Position numbers and translations under genes: made by a program
NCBI GenBank assembly: GCA_002269645.1
Contig: NIVC01000803.1
Location: 248,001-312,000 of the forward strand
DNA from: Macrostomum lignano
Lineage: Eukaryota
Direction of reading: 5' to 3'
DNA length: 64,000 bases
The notes under the pieces: model-generated
Databases searched by the model: none
Told to the model about the DNA's origin: nothing
What the model saw: only the letters and a program-made list of their open reading frames with translations
In this document: piece by piece, positions 1 to 12,249 of the stretch
Layout of the letters: each line of letters opens with the position of its first letter
How positions within the stretch are numbered: position 1 is the stretch's first letter

Positions 1-1192
1 CCGAGGGCTGGATAGAGAATTCGAGTTTGTGCGAGTTGTCATGCACAAAAGTTAAATTGAAATTCAGGTTTTTTCAGCCTGGGGATCAGACTGGGGATTT
101 GGGCAAGAATCCCAGCTCCTGGTCTCCCTGGCTGCATCTATCTGTAATGCACAGAACTTTTTATAGCCATACGAACCCTCCCACACCGCAGAATCCATAT
201 TTATTTTTCTGCGACTGTCGCCATCAGCACTGGTGAGGCAGGCGCTGTGAGGGTCGCCGCGCGTGGGAAAGGAGATTTGCGATTTGGGATTCTGGGGATG
301 AATCCTAGACATTCGGGAAAAGAGCCTGCGCGAGACGATGGGATAGGGATTATAAATTTTTTGCTTGGCCCGCCACACCGTGGAAGAGAGCGAAAAGAAG
401 CACCGATCGTCTGGAATTTTTAGTTTTACATTATGGATTTTGGAATCCCATTGGGGAAGCTGGTTGGCTGCAGATGGAAAACGCAGGCCTACTAAATACT
501 GGTCTTAGTTAGGAGTCTCAAGTTTCTATAGTGTGACCTCGAGGGCTTCGGGATCAGCAGCAGGCGGCGTGTTTTGGGAAAAATTGTCCAAGGATAGAAG
601 ACACTCTGCGCGGAACATCTGAGGTCAACACTTTGCCGCGGCCGAGCAGAAAGTGAACGGCCTGGCATTTAATGCGCGAACAGGGGAAAAAAGAAGACGG
701 CAGGCTCTGCTTCCTCTGCTCCCCTTTTGACTACTTGCCAGCCTTTCATTTCGCTGGGAGCTAAGAGGAAAATGAAATTTTTTCAAGATGTCCTTCCAGG
801 ATGCCCCTGGCGCTCCATTCTTTGTTGCTATGCTACCGCGGCTGCTGCTGTTACTGCACAGAGGTTTGAAAGTTATTGAAGCTTAATGGGCCGTATGAGG
901 GTAGCAACACCCCCCCCCCCCTCAACCAAAAGTCTAGAGTTTCCAATGCCTAAAATATCTAATAAATGGTACAGACGGGGAGCTTAGGAAAAATCAATCA
1001 ATCAATCAATCTGTTTGGTTGTTGATGCCACTAGAAAATAGATGGCCGAAATGTTTGTTTATTGTAAACTGCTGTCTGGCTAAGTGCCTGGCTGCGAAAG
1101 TATCGAAACAGAAGGGAAAATAGGAGAGATGTGGGGAGATTGTAGGAGACTAAGGGGATAGTGAAAGGATAGGGAGAGAAGAGAGGAGAGGG

Positions 1193-1445
1193 CGGGGTAG
1201 AGGGGGAGAGACGGGTATAGAGAGACGGGTATAGAGAGACGGGTAGAGAGAGACGGGTAGAGAGAGACGGTTAGGGAGAGACGGGTAGAGAGAGACGGGT
1301 AGAGAGTGACGGGTAGAGAGAGACGGGTAGGGAGAGACGGGTAGGGAGAGACGGGTAGGGAGAGACGGGTAGGGAGAGACGGGTAGGGAGAGACGGGTAG
1401 GGAGAGACGGGTAGGGAGAGACGGATAGAGGGGAGAGACGGAGAG
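1193..1445. repeat. 14-bp purine-rich minisatellite (GGGTAGRGAGAGAC)n
   Basis: Visible tandem copies of gggtagggagagac/gggtagagagagac; source of the spurious LPTRLSLPVSPYPS ORFs. Confidence 0.95.
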
Positions 1446-2158
1446 GGAAGAGGGGGAGAGTCAGGCAGAGATAAGGTAGCTGGGAGGAAGAGAGAAAACA
1501 CAGAGCTAGATAATAAAAGAGGGGGGAGTGGAGAGTGGAAAAAGATAGAGAGAAACTAACAAATAAGATAGCAGATACAAACGCCATTTAAGAGATTAGA
1601 GAAAGAAGTAGAAGGAAAGTAGAAGGAAGCCAGATCGAGACTGTTGTTGGTAAAAAGTCCTGGCCAGAGGGGGGTAAGCGGACACACAGAGAGAGAGAGA
1701 GCGGGTGACCACTGCTAGAAAAGTAGTGGGATTTTAAACGCACATACAGCATCCCTCCGGCTGTCAGAAAAGTGCAGCGGCACCGCAAAGGGGCAGCGGC
1801 GGCGGCATGGGTCGTGAAGGCTGCATAGTAGGCACAAGCAGCAGAAATAAAAGATGAATAGATTCAGGAATGCCGCTAGCTGTCTGCTGTACTGATCTGC
1901 GCACGACAGCGGGGCAAGTAAATGTATGCCAGACAGCCTCAGCCCGCTCCTCTCGAATGCAACTGCGCCATTTAAACGAAAAAATAGTAATAAAGACTTG
2001 TTCGAATTTTGCGCCATTTCTAATGCAAAAAAAACTTAAGCAGTTTTGACAGCTTGAACTCGATGCAAAAACTTAACTGACTGTTAGGACAAACTGAAAT
2101 TCAGAAGCTCGTGATCAAAACCTGTAATTTTAATAATAATTCTTTCTTAATAATAATT

Positions 2159-2348
2159 CACGCTCACACAGGGTGTACAGCGGCCCCGACTTTCTAACCG
2201 TCAGGCATGTACACTCTCGTGCCTTGGAGGCTGGTCCTCATGGCTGTGAATCGCACGGCCGCCCCAAATTAATGAGGCCGCGCACGGATTCGAACCAGGG
2301 GCCGTGTCGCGGGAGTCCGACGCGTTTACCGCTGAGCAACTCCGGCCC
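2159..2348 (-). mobile_element. tRNA-derived SINE, family A, copy 1
   Basis: Minus strand begins GGGCCGGAGTTGCTCAGCGG (A box) and has GGTTCGAATCC (B box); body GTGTACATGCCTGACG...CTGTACACCCTGTGTGAGCGTG recurs at 21463-21692, 31866-31902 and 32680-32815. Confidence 0.85.
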
Positions 2349-2593
2349 TTTTAACATTGGCTATAAGGCTACACTCTGTGTCGAAATTCTGAGTTCGGGT
2401 CTCCGCGTCTCATTAGGAAACTCTGTCTGTCTGTCTGTCTGTGATTCTGAGAATTTCCAAAAAATAAACTCAACTCGCAACCAGCGGCCGAGCTCGAGCT
2501 CAAATCAAATTTTCATTCCGATGGCCGGCAAGTAAACTTTCTGAGGCTGATGAGAGGCAGAGAATCCCAAAAAAACCTGAGCCGCGGATATAT

Positions 2594-4560
2594 AGGATTT
2601 CGACGGATTGTCATTAGGATTTTGAAGGATTGTCATTAGGATTTTGAAGGATTGTCATTAGGATTTTGAAGGATTGTCATTAGGATTTGGACGGATTGTC
2701 ATTAGGATTTGGACGGATTGTCATTAGGATTTGGACGGATTGTCATTAGGATTTGGACGGATTGTCATTAGGATTTGGACGGATTGTCATTAGGATTTGG
2801 ACGGATTGTCATTAGGATTTGGACGGATTGTCATTAGGATTTGGACGGATTGTCATTAGGATTTGGAGGGATAGTCATTAGGATTTGGACGGATTGTCAT
2901 TAGGATTTGGACGGATTGTCATTAGGATTTGGACGGATTGTCATTAGGATTTGGACGGATTGTCATTAGGATTTGGACGGATTGTCATTAGGATTTGGAC
3001 GGATTGTCATTAGGATTTGGACGGATTGTTATTAGGATTTGGACGGATTGTCATTAGGATTTGGACGGATTGTCATTAGGATTTGGACGGATTGTCATTA
3101 GGATTTTGAAGGATTGTCATTAGGATTCGGACGGATTGTCATTAGGATTTTGAAAAAGTGTCATTAGAATTTGTACGGATTGTCATTAGGATTTGGACGG
3201 ATTGTCATTAGGATTTGGAGGGATAGTCATTAGGATTTGGACGGATTGTCATTAGGATTTGGACGGATTGTCATTAGGATTTGGACGGATTGTCATTAGG
3301 ATTTGGACGGATTGTCATTAGGATTTGGACGGATTGTCATTAGGATTTGGACGGATTGTCATTAGGATTTGGACGGATTGTTATTAGGATTTGGACGGAT
3401 TGTCATTAGGATTTGGACGGATTGTCATTAGGATTTGGACGGATTGTCATTAGGATTTTGAAGGATTGTCATTAGGATTCGGACGGATTGTCATTAGGAT
3501 TTTGAAGAAGTGTCATTAGAATTTGTACGGATTGTCATTAGGATTTGGACGGATTGTCATTAGGATTTGGACGGATTGTCATTAGGATTTGGACGGATTG
3601 TCATTAGGATTTGGACGGATTGTCATTAGGATTTGGACGGATTGTCATTAGTATTTGGACGGATTGTCATTAGGATTTGGACGGATTGTCATTAGGATTT
3701 GGACGGATTGTCATTAGGATTTGGACGGATTGTCATTAGGATTTGGACGGATTGTCATTAGGATTTTGAAGGATTGTCATTAGGATTTGGACGGATTGTC
3801 ATTAGGATTCGGACGGATTGTCATTAGGATTTGGACGGATTGTCATTAGGATTTGGACGGATTGTCATTAGGATTTTGAAGGATTGTCATTAGGATTTGG
3901 ACGGATTGTCATTAGGATTCGGACGGATTGTTTTTAGGATTTGGACGGATTGTCATTAGGATTTGGACGGATTGTCATTAGGATTTGGACGGATTGTCAT
4001 TAGGATTTGGACGGATTGTCATTAGGATTTGGAGGGATAGTCATTAGGATTTGGACGGATTGTCATTAGGATTTGGACGGATTGTCATTAGGATTTGGAC
4101 GGATTGTCATTAGGATTTGGACGGATTGTCATTAGGATTTGGACGGATTGTCATTAGGATTTGGACGGATTGTCATTAGGATTTGGACGGATTGTCATTA
4201 GGATTTGGACGGATAGCCATTAGGATTTGGACGGATTGTCATTAGGATTTTAAAGGAGTGTCATTAGGATTTGTACGGATTGTCATTAGGATTTTGACGG
4301 ATTGTCATTAGGATTTTGAAGGATTGTCATTAGGATTTTGAATGAGTGTCATTAGGGTTTTGAAGGAGTGTCATTAGGATTTTGAATGAGTGTCATTAGG
4401 ATTTTGAATGAGTGTCATTAGGATTTTGAATGAGTTTGATTAGGATTTTGAAGTGTCATTAGGATTTTGAAGGTGTCATTAGGGTTTTGAAGGAGTGTCA
4501 TTACGGTTTTGAAGGAGTGTCATTAGCATTTAGAAGGAGTGTCATTATTTGGATTTGAAA
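2594..4560. repeat. 22-bp satellite (ATTGTCATTAGGATTTGGACGG)n, roughly 85-90 copies
   Basis: Period of 22 read directly; homogeneous centre, with TTTTGAA-type variants at both ends. Confidence 0.97.
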
Positions 4561-5156
4561 GAATGTACATTGGACTTCAAAGACACCTCAATTCTATTTT
4601 ATCAGGATAAGAAAAGAAAAGATAAAAAGAATTTTAAATGAGCATACAAAAAGAAATAAGAAAATTAAATTTCTACAGCAGCATAACCCTCCGAGTCTCA
4701 ATGAGATCTTACAGTAGACTTAGCAGCTGGCGGACAACTCAAAGACTACTCAAGTTATTAAGGACAGCAGCTCAACTAAGAAAAGATCAGATGAAGCGAA
4801 GCGAAACAGAACAGCTGAGAGACCAGCTTGGGACGAGAATCAAAGCACGCTCCGGCGAGCTTCAAGTCGGATTAGGCGCTGCCCCCTCTTGACCCCGCCT
4901 GAGCCTGAGCACAAAACGGCGAGGAGAGCAGAAGAGGCGGCCGCCGGAACTCTTGCCGCTTTTTACAGCCTCGTTGGGGACTCATCATCATCCGAGATCC
5001 GCTTCTTGGAGCCGGCAGAGCGGATGCTCAAAGAACCATGCGGCAGAATTCGTTGACAGAGCTTTGACCTCAAAGACGGCAGACATAAACTGCTCCGACA
5101 GTGCACAGCTGAGGTCAATTGTTTTGGAACTTGCAAGTCTATTATGATTGGTTTTG

Positions 5157-6163
5157 ATCCCCGGTTCCCTGGTGTCTGTGACCCCAGGTTCCCTGGTGTC
5201 TGTGACCCCCGGTTCCCTGGTGTCTGTGACCCCCGGTTCCCTGTTGTCTGTGACCCCCGGTTCCCTGGTGTCTGTGACCCCCGGTTCCCTGGTGTCTGTG
5301 ATCCCCGGTTCCCTGGTGTCTGTGACCCCCGATTCCCTGGTGTCTGTGATCCCCGATTCCCTGGTGTCTGTGACCCCCGGTTCCCTGGTGTCTGTGACCC
5401 CCGGTTCCCTGGTGTCTGTGACCCCCGATTCCCTGGTGTCTGTGATCCCCGGTTCCCTGGTGTCTGTGACCCCCGTTCCCTGGTGTCTGTGATCCCCGAT
5501 TCCCTGGTGTCTGTGACCCCCGGTTCCCTGGTGTCTGTGACCCCCGATTCCCTGGTGTCTGTGACCCCCGGTTCCCTGGTGTTTGTGACCCTCGGTTCCC
5601 TGGTGTCTGTGACCCCCGGTTCCCTGGTGTCTGTGACCCTCGGTTCCCTGGTGTTTGTGACCCTCGGTTCCCTGGTGTCTGTGACCCCCGGTTCCCTGGT
5701 GTCTGTGACCCCCGGTTCCCTGTTGTCTGTGACCCCCGGTTCCCTGGTGTCTGTGACCCCCGGTTCCCTGGTGTCTGTGATCCCCGGTTCCCTGGTGTCT
5801 GTGACCCCCGATTCCCTGGTGTCTGTGATCCCCGATTCCCTGGTGTCTGTGACCCCCGGTTCCCTGGTGTCTGTGACCCCCGGTTCCCTGGTGTCTGTGA
5901 CCCCCGATTCCCTGGTGTCTGTGATCCCCGGTTCCCTGGTGTCTGTGACCCCCGTTCCCTGGTGTCTGTGATCCCCGATTCCCTGGTGTCTGTGACCCCC
6001 GGTTCCCTGGTGTCTGTGATCCCCGATTCCCTAGTGTCTGTGATCCCCGATTCCCTGGTGTCTGTGACCCCCGGTTCCCTGGTTTCTGTGACCCTCGGTT
6101 CCCTGGTGTCTGTGACCCCCGATTCCCTGGTGTCTGTGACCCCCGGTTCCCTGGTGTCTGTGA
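5157..6163. repeat. 24-bp minisatellite (CCCTGGTGTCTGTGACCCCCGGTT)n, array 1
   Basis: Tandem units give the FPGVCDPR/VSVTPGSL artefact ORFs; occasional 23-bp units shift frame. Confidence 0.97.
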
Positions 6164-6276
6164 CGTTGACGTCGTTGACAGAGCTTTGACCTCAAAGACG
6201 GCAGACATAAACTGCTCCGACAGTGCACAGCTGAGGTCAATTGTTTTGGAACTTGCAAGTCTATTATGATTGGTTT

Positions 6277-7150
6277 TGATCCCCGGTTCCCTGGTGTCTG
6301 TGACCCCCGGTTCCCTGGTGTCTGTGACCCCCGGTTCCCTGGTGTCTGTGACCCCCGGTTCCCTGGTGTCTGTGACCCCCGGTTCCCTGGTGTCTGTGAC
6401 CCCCGGTTCCCTGGTGTCTGTGACCCCCGGTTCCCTGGTGTCTGTGACCCCCGGTTCCCTGGTGTCTGTGACCCCCGGTTCCCTGGTGTCTGTGATCCCC
6501 GGTTCCCTGGTGTCTGTGACCCCCGATTCCCTGGTGTCTGTGATCCCCGATTCCCTGGTGTCTGTGACCCCGGTTCCCTGGTGTCTGTGACCCCCGGTTC
6601 CCTGGTGTCTGTGACCCCCGATTCCCTGGTGTCTGTGATCCCCGGTTCCCTGGTGTCTGTGACCCCCGTTCCCTGGTGTCTGTGATCCCCGATTCCCTGG
6701 TGTCTGTGACCCCCGGTTCCCTGGTGTCTGTGATCCCCGATTCCCTAGTGTCTGTGATCCCCGATTCCCTGGTGTCTGTGACCCCCGGTTCCCTGGTTTC
6801 TGTGACCCTCGGTTCCCTGGTGTCTGTGACCCCCGATTCCCTGGTGTCTGTGACCCCCGGTTCCCTGGTGTCTGTGACCCTCGGTTCCCTGGTGTCTGTG
6901 ACCCCCGGTTCCCTGGTGTCTGTGACCCTCGGTTCCCTGGTGTTTGTGACCCTCGGTTCCCTGGTGTCTGTGACCCTCGGTTCCCTGGTGTTTGTGACCC
7001 TCGGTTCCCTGGTGTCTGTGACCCCCGATTCCCTGGTGTCTGTGACCCCCGGTTTCCTGGTGCCTGTGACCCCCGATTCCCTGGTGTCTGTATCCCAGTC
7101 TCCTGTTGTCTGTGATCCCCAGTTCCTAGCTCATGAATCCCCGGTTCCCA
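6277..7150. repeat. 24-bp minisatellite, array 2 (duplicate of array 1)
   Basis: Same unit, preceded by a second copy (6172-6285) of the unique segment at 5050-5160. Confidence 0.97.
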
Positions 7151-7178
7151 GTTTATGAGTCCCCAGTTAGCCGCTCAC

Positions 7179-7323
7179 CGAGCACGTCATAATCGTAGGA
7201 GCCGTTGCGGCAGATCAGGCGCAGCTTGAAGAAGGAGGTGAGCACCCGGGTGGACGGCATGAACGGGGCGGGCAAGCCGGGATCGTTCAGGCAGACTCGG
7301 CCCAGCCTGGTGAATCGCGGCAA
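7179..7323 (-). CDS. Semaphorin-like gene, coding exon 3 (Sema domain)
   Basis: ccctcatcag|TTG...CTC G|gtgagc; translates LPRFTRLGRVCLNDPGLPAPFMPSTRVLTSFFKLRLICRNGSYDYDVL, matching the Sema motif R(V/L)(A/G)RVCxxDxG...TSFxKxRLxC; phase 0 fits exon 2. Confidence 0.85.
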
Positions 7324-7502
7324 CTGATGAGGGACAGGGCGGTGAGGAAAATGATTAGAACTTTTGGGAGCGCAGCAGATTGATAAACTTGCCTGCCTAA
7401 CTGGTAAATCTAACGACCGTTAAAACACTTTGCCACCTGCCTACTGCATAAAATTACCGATTGATAAACCTACCTCTACCCACCCGTTGGAAAAGTTATG
7501 CA

Positions 7503-7883
7503 CCTGCAGAGGCACAAAAGGTGAGCGAGGTGCACAAAAGAGGCACTTTGGTGGCCTATTTCGTGCGTGTTTTGGAAATGCACCTGAGTGCACCTTTTAT
7601 GCTTAAATGTCACCAATATTTTTGAAAAGAGGCATGAAAGGTGTAAAATCGGTGAAGTGGTCAGGCAGTAGGTGAATTCTCAATTTTGATTGGCTGCGGC
7701 GGTAGGGGCAGTAAAGGTGCTGAAGGGGCGCAGAAAGTGCACAAAAGGTGAATTAGAGGTGCATAAGGTGTACATGTTGCAGCGTAAATATGTATACAGG
7801 TGCATTTCCAAAACACGCTCGAAATTAAAGACCCCAAAAGTGCCTCTTCTGTGCACCTCGCTCACCTTTCATGCCTATGCACG
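7503..7883. mobile_element. MITE with ~85-bp terminal inverted repeats
   Basis: 7503-7546 and 7840-7883 match as inverted repeats at about 39/44; GTGTTTTGGAAATGCACCTG is also inverted (ca. 7568-7587 vs 7797-7816); related partial copies at about 8170-8635. Confidence 0.7.
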
Positions 7884-8169
7884 AATTAACGCATTAATAA
7901 TTTGTAACAAAAAATTAACTGAGAGTTACATACTCGTACATTGCATGCACAGATCGAACATAGAAAAGCTTTATTTACACCTATACTAATCGCTGCTATC
8001 CCCTTCCTGATCCTGACAAACCACGAAAGCAAACATTTCCTGTACTGATAAGTTTTAACAACTTTCAAATACTCAGGAAAAGTTCCGAAAAGTGATGAAA
8101 AGCTTTGAATCTGTTTAAAGAATAATAAGAAAAAGTAGCAAAGAACTTTCGCAAGTTGGAACGCCCCTT

Positions 8170-8635
8170 GAATTGCCTCTACACCTAAAGTGCCCACTGT
8201 GTACCGTTTGTTCACCTTTTGTGCCTCCAATGCACACTGTGCACCTTTATTCACCTTTCGTGCCTCCAGTGCACACTGTACACTTTTTATGCACCTCCAC
8301 CACAGCGCACCTTTTTTTCACCTTTCACTCCACCAATGCCCCCAATTCCTACTTTGTTCACCTTTCACTCCACCAATGCCCCCAATTCCTACTTTGTTCA
8401 CCTTTTGTGCCTCCAATGCACACTGTGCACCTTTAATACACCGAACTCCCCTATGACACCTGTGCCCCTACCACCTATTTCGTGCCTTATATTCACCTTC
8501 TGACCCTGCAGAGGCACTCAGGTGAACACGCGGTGCACAAGTGGCACAAAATAGGCATAAAAGAGGCGAAAGTGAGGCAGAAGGTGTAAAACTCTTCACC
8601 TTTCATGCCTACTTTAAAAACTCAAAATTCAACGG
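8170..8635. mobile_element. Further degenerate or partial copies of the 7503 MITE family
   Basis: CCCTGCAGAGGCAC at 8503 repeats the 7503 terminus; many CACCTTT/GTGCCTC motifs in the opposite orientation. Confidence 0.5.
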
Positions 8636-8639
8636 GCCA

Positions 8640-9392
8640 GCTGCTGGATAAATCCACCCATTGATAAACCTACCCTCTACCTACCTGCTGGCTAAATCTA
8701 CCGATTGATAAACCTACCTTTATCCACCTGCTGCATAAATCTACCGATTGATAAACCTACCCTCTACCTACCTGCTGGCTAAATCTACCGATTGATAAAC
8801 CTACCCTCTACCTACCTGCTGGCTAAATCTACCGATTGATAAACCTACCTTTATCCACCTGCTGCATAAATCTACCGATTGATAAACCTACCCTCTACCT
8901 ACCTGCTGGCTAAATCTACCGATTGATAAACCTACCCTCTACCTACCTGCTGGCTAAATCTACCGATTGATAAACCTACCCTCTACCTACCTGCTGGCTA
9001 AATCTACCGATTGATAAACCTACCCTCTACCTACCTGCTGGCTAAATCTACCGATTGATAAACCTACCCTCTACCTACCTGCTGGCTAAATCTACCGATT
9101 GATAAACCTACCCTCTACCTACCTGCTGGCTAAATCTACCGATTGATAAACCTACCCTCTACCTACCTGCTGGCTAAATCTACCCATTGATAAACCTACC
9201 TTTATCCACCTGCTGCATAAATCTACCCATTGATAAACATACCACTACCCACCTGCTGGCTAAATCTACCCATTGATAAACCTACCTCTACCCACCTGCT
9301 GGATAAATCTACCCATTGATAAACCTTCCTCTTATCTACCTGCTGGATAAATCTACCCATTGAAAAACCTACCTCTTATCTACCTGCTTGAT
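8640..9392. repeat. 44-bp minisatellite (GATAAACCTACCCTCTACCTACCTGCTGGCTAAATCTACCGATT)n, ~17 copies
   Basis: Period of 44 read directly; degenerate units also at 7380-7500, on the far side of the MITEs. Confidence 0.95.
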
Positions 9393-9551
9393 AAAGCTTC
9401 GAAACCTACTTAATATGAGTAATAGCTCTGATAGCTAAAATTTACCTACTAGTTAGTCTACTAGGAGCAATAGTTTCAAAGCCACTATCAAACAGGTTGC
9501 ACTAGTTCTGAACAAAAGTGAGACCAAACAGCACGCAATCTTGATCTTCAC

Positions 9552-10246
9552 CTTGATTGCTTGACCGTCGGGCGCAGCGAAAGCGTCCGGGCCGTTGACG
9601 CTGCCGCAGTAATTGTCCAGCTCCAGCGCCGGCTCGGTGTACAGAGCGTACAGCCGCTCAGCCACGGTGCCCAGCGCCAGCGGAGTGGCCGACTTGGAGA
9701 TCCACAGCTCGCGGCTACGGCGAGAATAGCCGTCAGCGCTGATCCGGCCAATCCGATCATAGCCCGGAGTCAGCAGCTCCACGAGGTGCAGCGAATCCGG
9801 GAATCTGGCGAACTCGCTGATGAACATGCGGGACAGGCCGCCGGAGCCGTCTGGGAGGCCCAGCGACACACGACGTCGCTGACGTTGGACGCCGAGGCCG
9901 CCGCCGCCGCCGCGCCATTCAGGTGGCGGTTCAAGCCAGCTGGGCGCCAAAATGGCGCTAATCATATCGCGAAGCCGGTCGCCTATCGGTTGCCAAGGTC
10001 CGTTGCTAATGACAATAAATAAGCGACAGATTGGCGGCGAACTGGCCGACTCGCGGGCGCAAGCGAAGGCCCGGGTGGAGTTGGCGAAGTACAGGTACTC
10101 CACCTGCAGGCTGGGCCCGTCCGAGTCCGGCCAGCTCAAAACTTGGCGGCGAGCGGTCAGGTCGGCAAACGGAACCTCGAATACCGCGTTGCTGTCCAGG
10201 GGGCGCGGCGTGGGGGGTTCATAGTTTTTAAAATTATTTTGAAAAT
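9552..10246 (-). CDS. Semaphorin-like gene, coding exon 2
   Basis: ttctcag|AT TTT...ATC AAG|gtgaag; 695-nt open frame covering most of ORF 9453..10139 and extending it upstream; LWISKSATPLALGTVAERLYALYTEPALELDNYCG aligns with the Sema WL..P.FV...YFFF.E.A.E..NCG block. Confidence 0.8.
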
Positions 10247-10650
10247 CTGAGAACTCCTGTGCATGCTAGGGCGCGAATGATAAGGGCGTGAAATGTTTCA
10301 AATAAATTATATTGAAAAATAAATATTATTAAATAGTTTATATTTAATATTCAATATTCAATCTATATTCAATAGTAAATTATATTCGTTACGAAGAAAC
10401 AAAATGCTGATTTTTTGCTAAATGTCAAAACTACTATTGGCTTCAATGGGGGCGAAGTGTGCTTGCAAGATTATTTGAACTCACATTGCACCAAGATAAA
10501 ATTGATTGGCCGTTTCTGCCACGAGAACCAAAGACTGATTGCTGATTTCTAGTGTAGCAATGCTTGAGCTGAGCTCTGCAAAGAGAAAGGCATTGGTTAA
10601 AAATCCTGTTTAATTTGTATACTTATGCTAGCAAAATAAAGAAAACTCAC

Positions 10651-10756
10651 CAGAATATGAGAAGTACCTATGGCTGCTAACTGGATATTTACATGCTGAA
10701 GGCTTTGCAAGGTAGCCAACTATGAGAAGCATAGCAGCAAAGATGAACTTTGTCAT
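10651..10756 (-). CDS. Semaphorin-like gene, coding exon 1 (signal peptide)
   Basis: ATG...TCT G|gtgagt; MTKFIFAAMLLIVGYLAKPSACKYPVSSHRYFSYS is a hydrophobic N-terminal signal; phase 1 fits exon 2. Confidence 0.75.
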
Positions 10757-12249
10757 CTTGCTCTGCAAATAGCAACTAAATGCTTACTAGTAGAGCTCTG
10801 CTGGAATTTTTAAGCAATTTTAATTGAATTGTTTTGATATGCATAGGGTTACATATAATTTTATTTATCAAAAAACAAAATTAGAAAAAAATATTTCATA
10901 ACCTATAAATCTATATATTTGATTCATTCATTGATTTATTTATGCTAACTTAGTAACTATTTAAATATACCTTAAACTATTGAAAGAATTCGTTTTCCTA
11001 TAATTTTTATGCTATGATATTTGCTAGTATATATGCGCTAGTCTAGTCAATTTTGTAAATAATTATAAATGATGGAATTTTTCATATAGGCTAAATATTA
11101 TATTAGAAATATTTTAAGTTCCCTAGACTTATAATTATAAAGAAATATGAAGCTTATAAAAGGGCCTAATCTTGATTTCTTGATTTTTGGCTTCTAAAAA
11201 AGTTTATTTAATGTTGTTCTATGTATCATTATCATTTACAACTAACAGCATAAAGTAAAACTCAAGATCATACTTAACTGTCTGAATAAAGATTAATTTA
11301 AATTAGCTAGCCTTCAATCAAGCTGAGACAAAGAAGTTAAAGAACCTTTAAAATACATTTAAATAAAATAAAACCTTTATTTTAAACACCTAACCCTCGA
11401 GAATTAAGCGTAGCACTCGGACTTGATGAGGGATTCGAAACAAAGAACAAGTTTTTTATAGCATGACTATGACCTCGATGAGTAGGCTACGTACGACGAA
11501 GCATCCATTGGATAAGATGAATTATTAGCCAATTGGCTTCAGTGGAAACAAACTTATGACTCTTCAGCGCTCAAAAAAGATATAGAGTTGTTATTTAAAT
11601 ATTTAATTGCTATACATCAATAAAGTAACGCTGAGGAATTCTTCAACCTTATATTCTGATTTCTACAGTTTCTTTTACTACGCTAAAACTCTTCCGGCTT
11701 TGATCAAGTCATTTTGGTGTAAAAAAGCGATAGTTTGATGATATATTTGAAATAGCAAAATCGAATTCCATTTAAACCTCTTAATCATTTTTCGTTCAGA
11801 AAACTAAATTTAAAGCTACAGCCTAAAGAATCTGTTTTGGCATCGAAAAATGTTTCTGTTCTTTCTTTTAATTACATTGGTCTTTGGCTACATCTTTTTT
11901 TAATCTATCCCATATACTAAAAATGAGCCTCACATAACTTTTTTTAAACATTAAGGAAAAACAGTAAAAATCGATAAACTTTCCATAGAAGAAACCCTAT
12001 TGAATGATTCTGCTTCAAAGAAACGCATCACAATGCGCATGCAAATCGAATCCATGCGTGCATTGGACAACGGAAATAATCACGTTCAACGGCGGCCCAG
12101 TCGGTCTTCTGCACACGCTTTAGCCGCTGCCGCCGTTGCCGAGGTACCTGAACAGGTAATACAGCCGCTTCTCAGAGAAGCCGAGCTCTCAGCAGTCAGA
12201 AGCAGGCCGGTCCTCATGATCAGCACCTATACATTGTTGTGGCGGCCAG

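Noticed and set aside
1715-1960. Minus-strand frame containing DAVCAF as semaphorin exon 4 (Sema SAVC motif)
   Set aside because: Phase is compatible, but the acceptor is weak, the rest does not align and a stop follows within seven codons.
2159-2348. SINE heads (also 16420, 21463, 62041) as tRNA genes
   Set aside because: They have A and B boxes but no complete cloverleaf, and continue into shared non-tRNA bodies found in multiple copies.
4760-5057. About 100-codon open plus-strand frame (...EIRFLEPAERMLKEPCGRIR*)
   Set aside because: No recognisable domain, start codon or convincing splice sites; left unassigned.
4988-7158. Long ORFs (FPGVCDPR, VSVTPGSL, GHRHQGT repeats) as proteins
   Set aside because: Translations of a 24-bp minisatellite that is stop-free in several frames on both strands.
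12120-12225. Minus-strand ...DC-TGA-ELGFSEKRLYYLFRYLG as a selenocysteine read-through (faint SELENOF-like ELGFS)
   Set aside because: Similarity is five residues only, the redox motif context is absent, no SECIS was identified and no coherent gene model was found.
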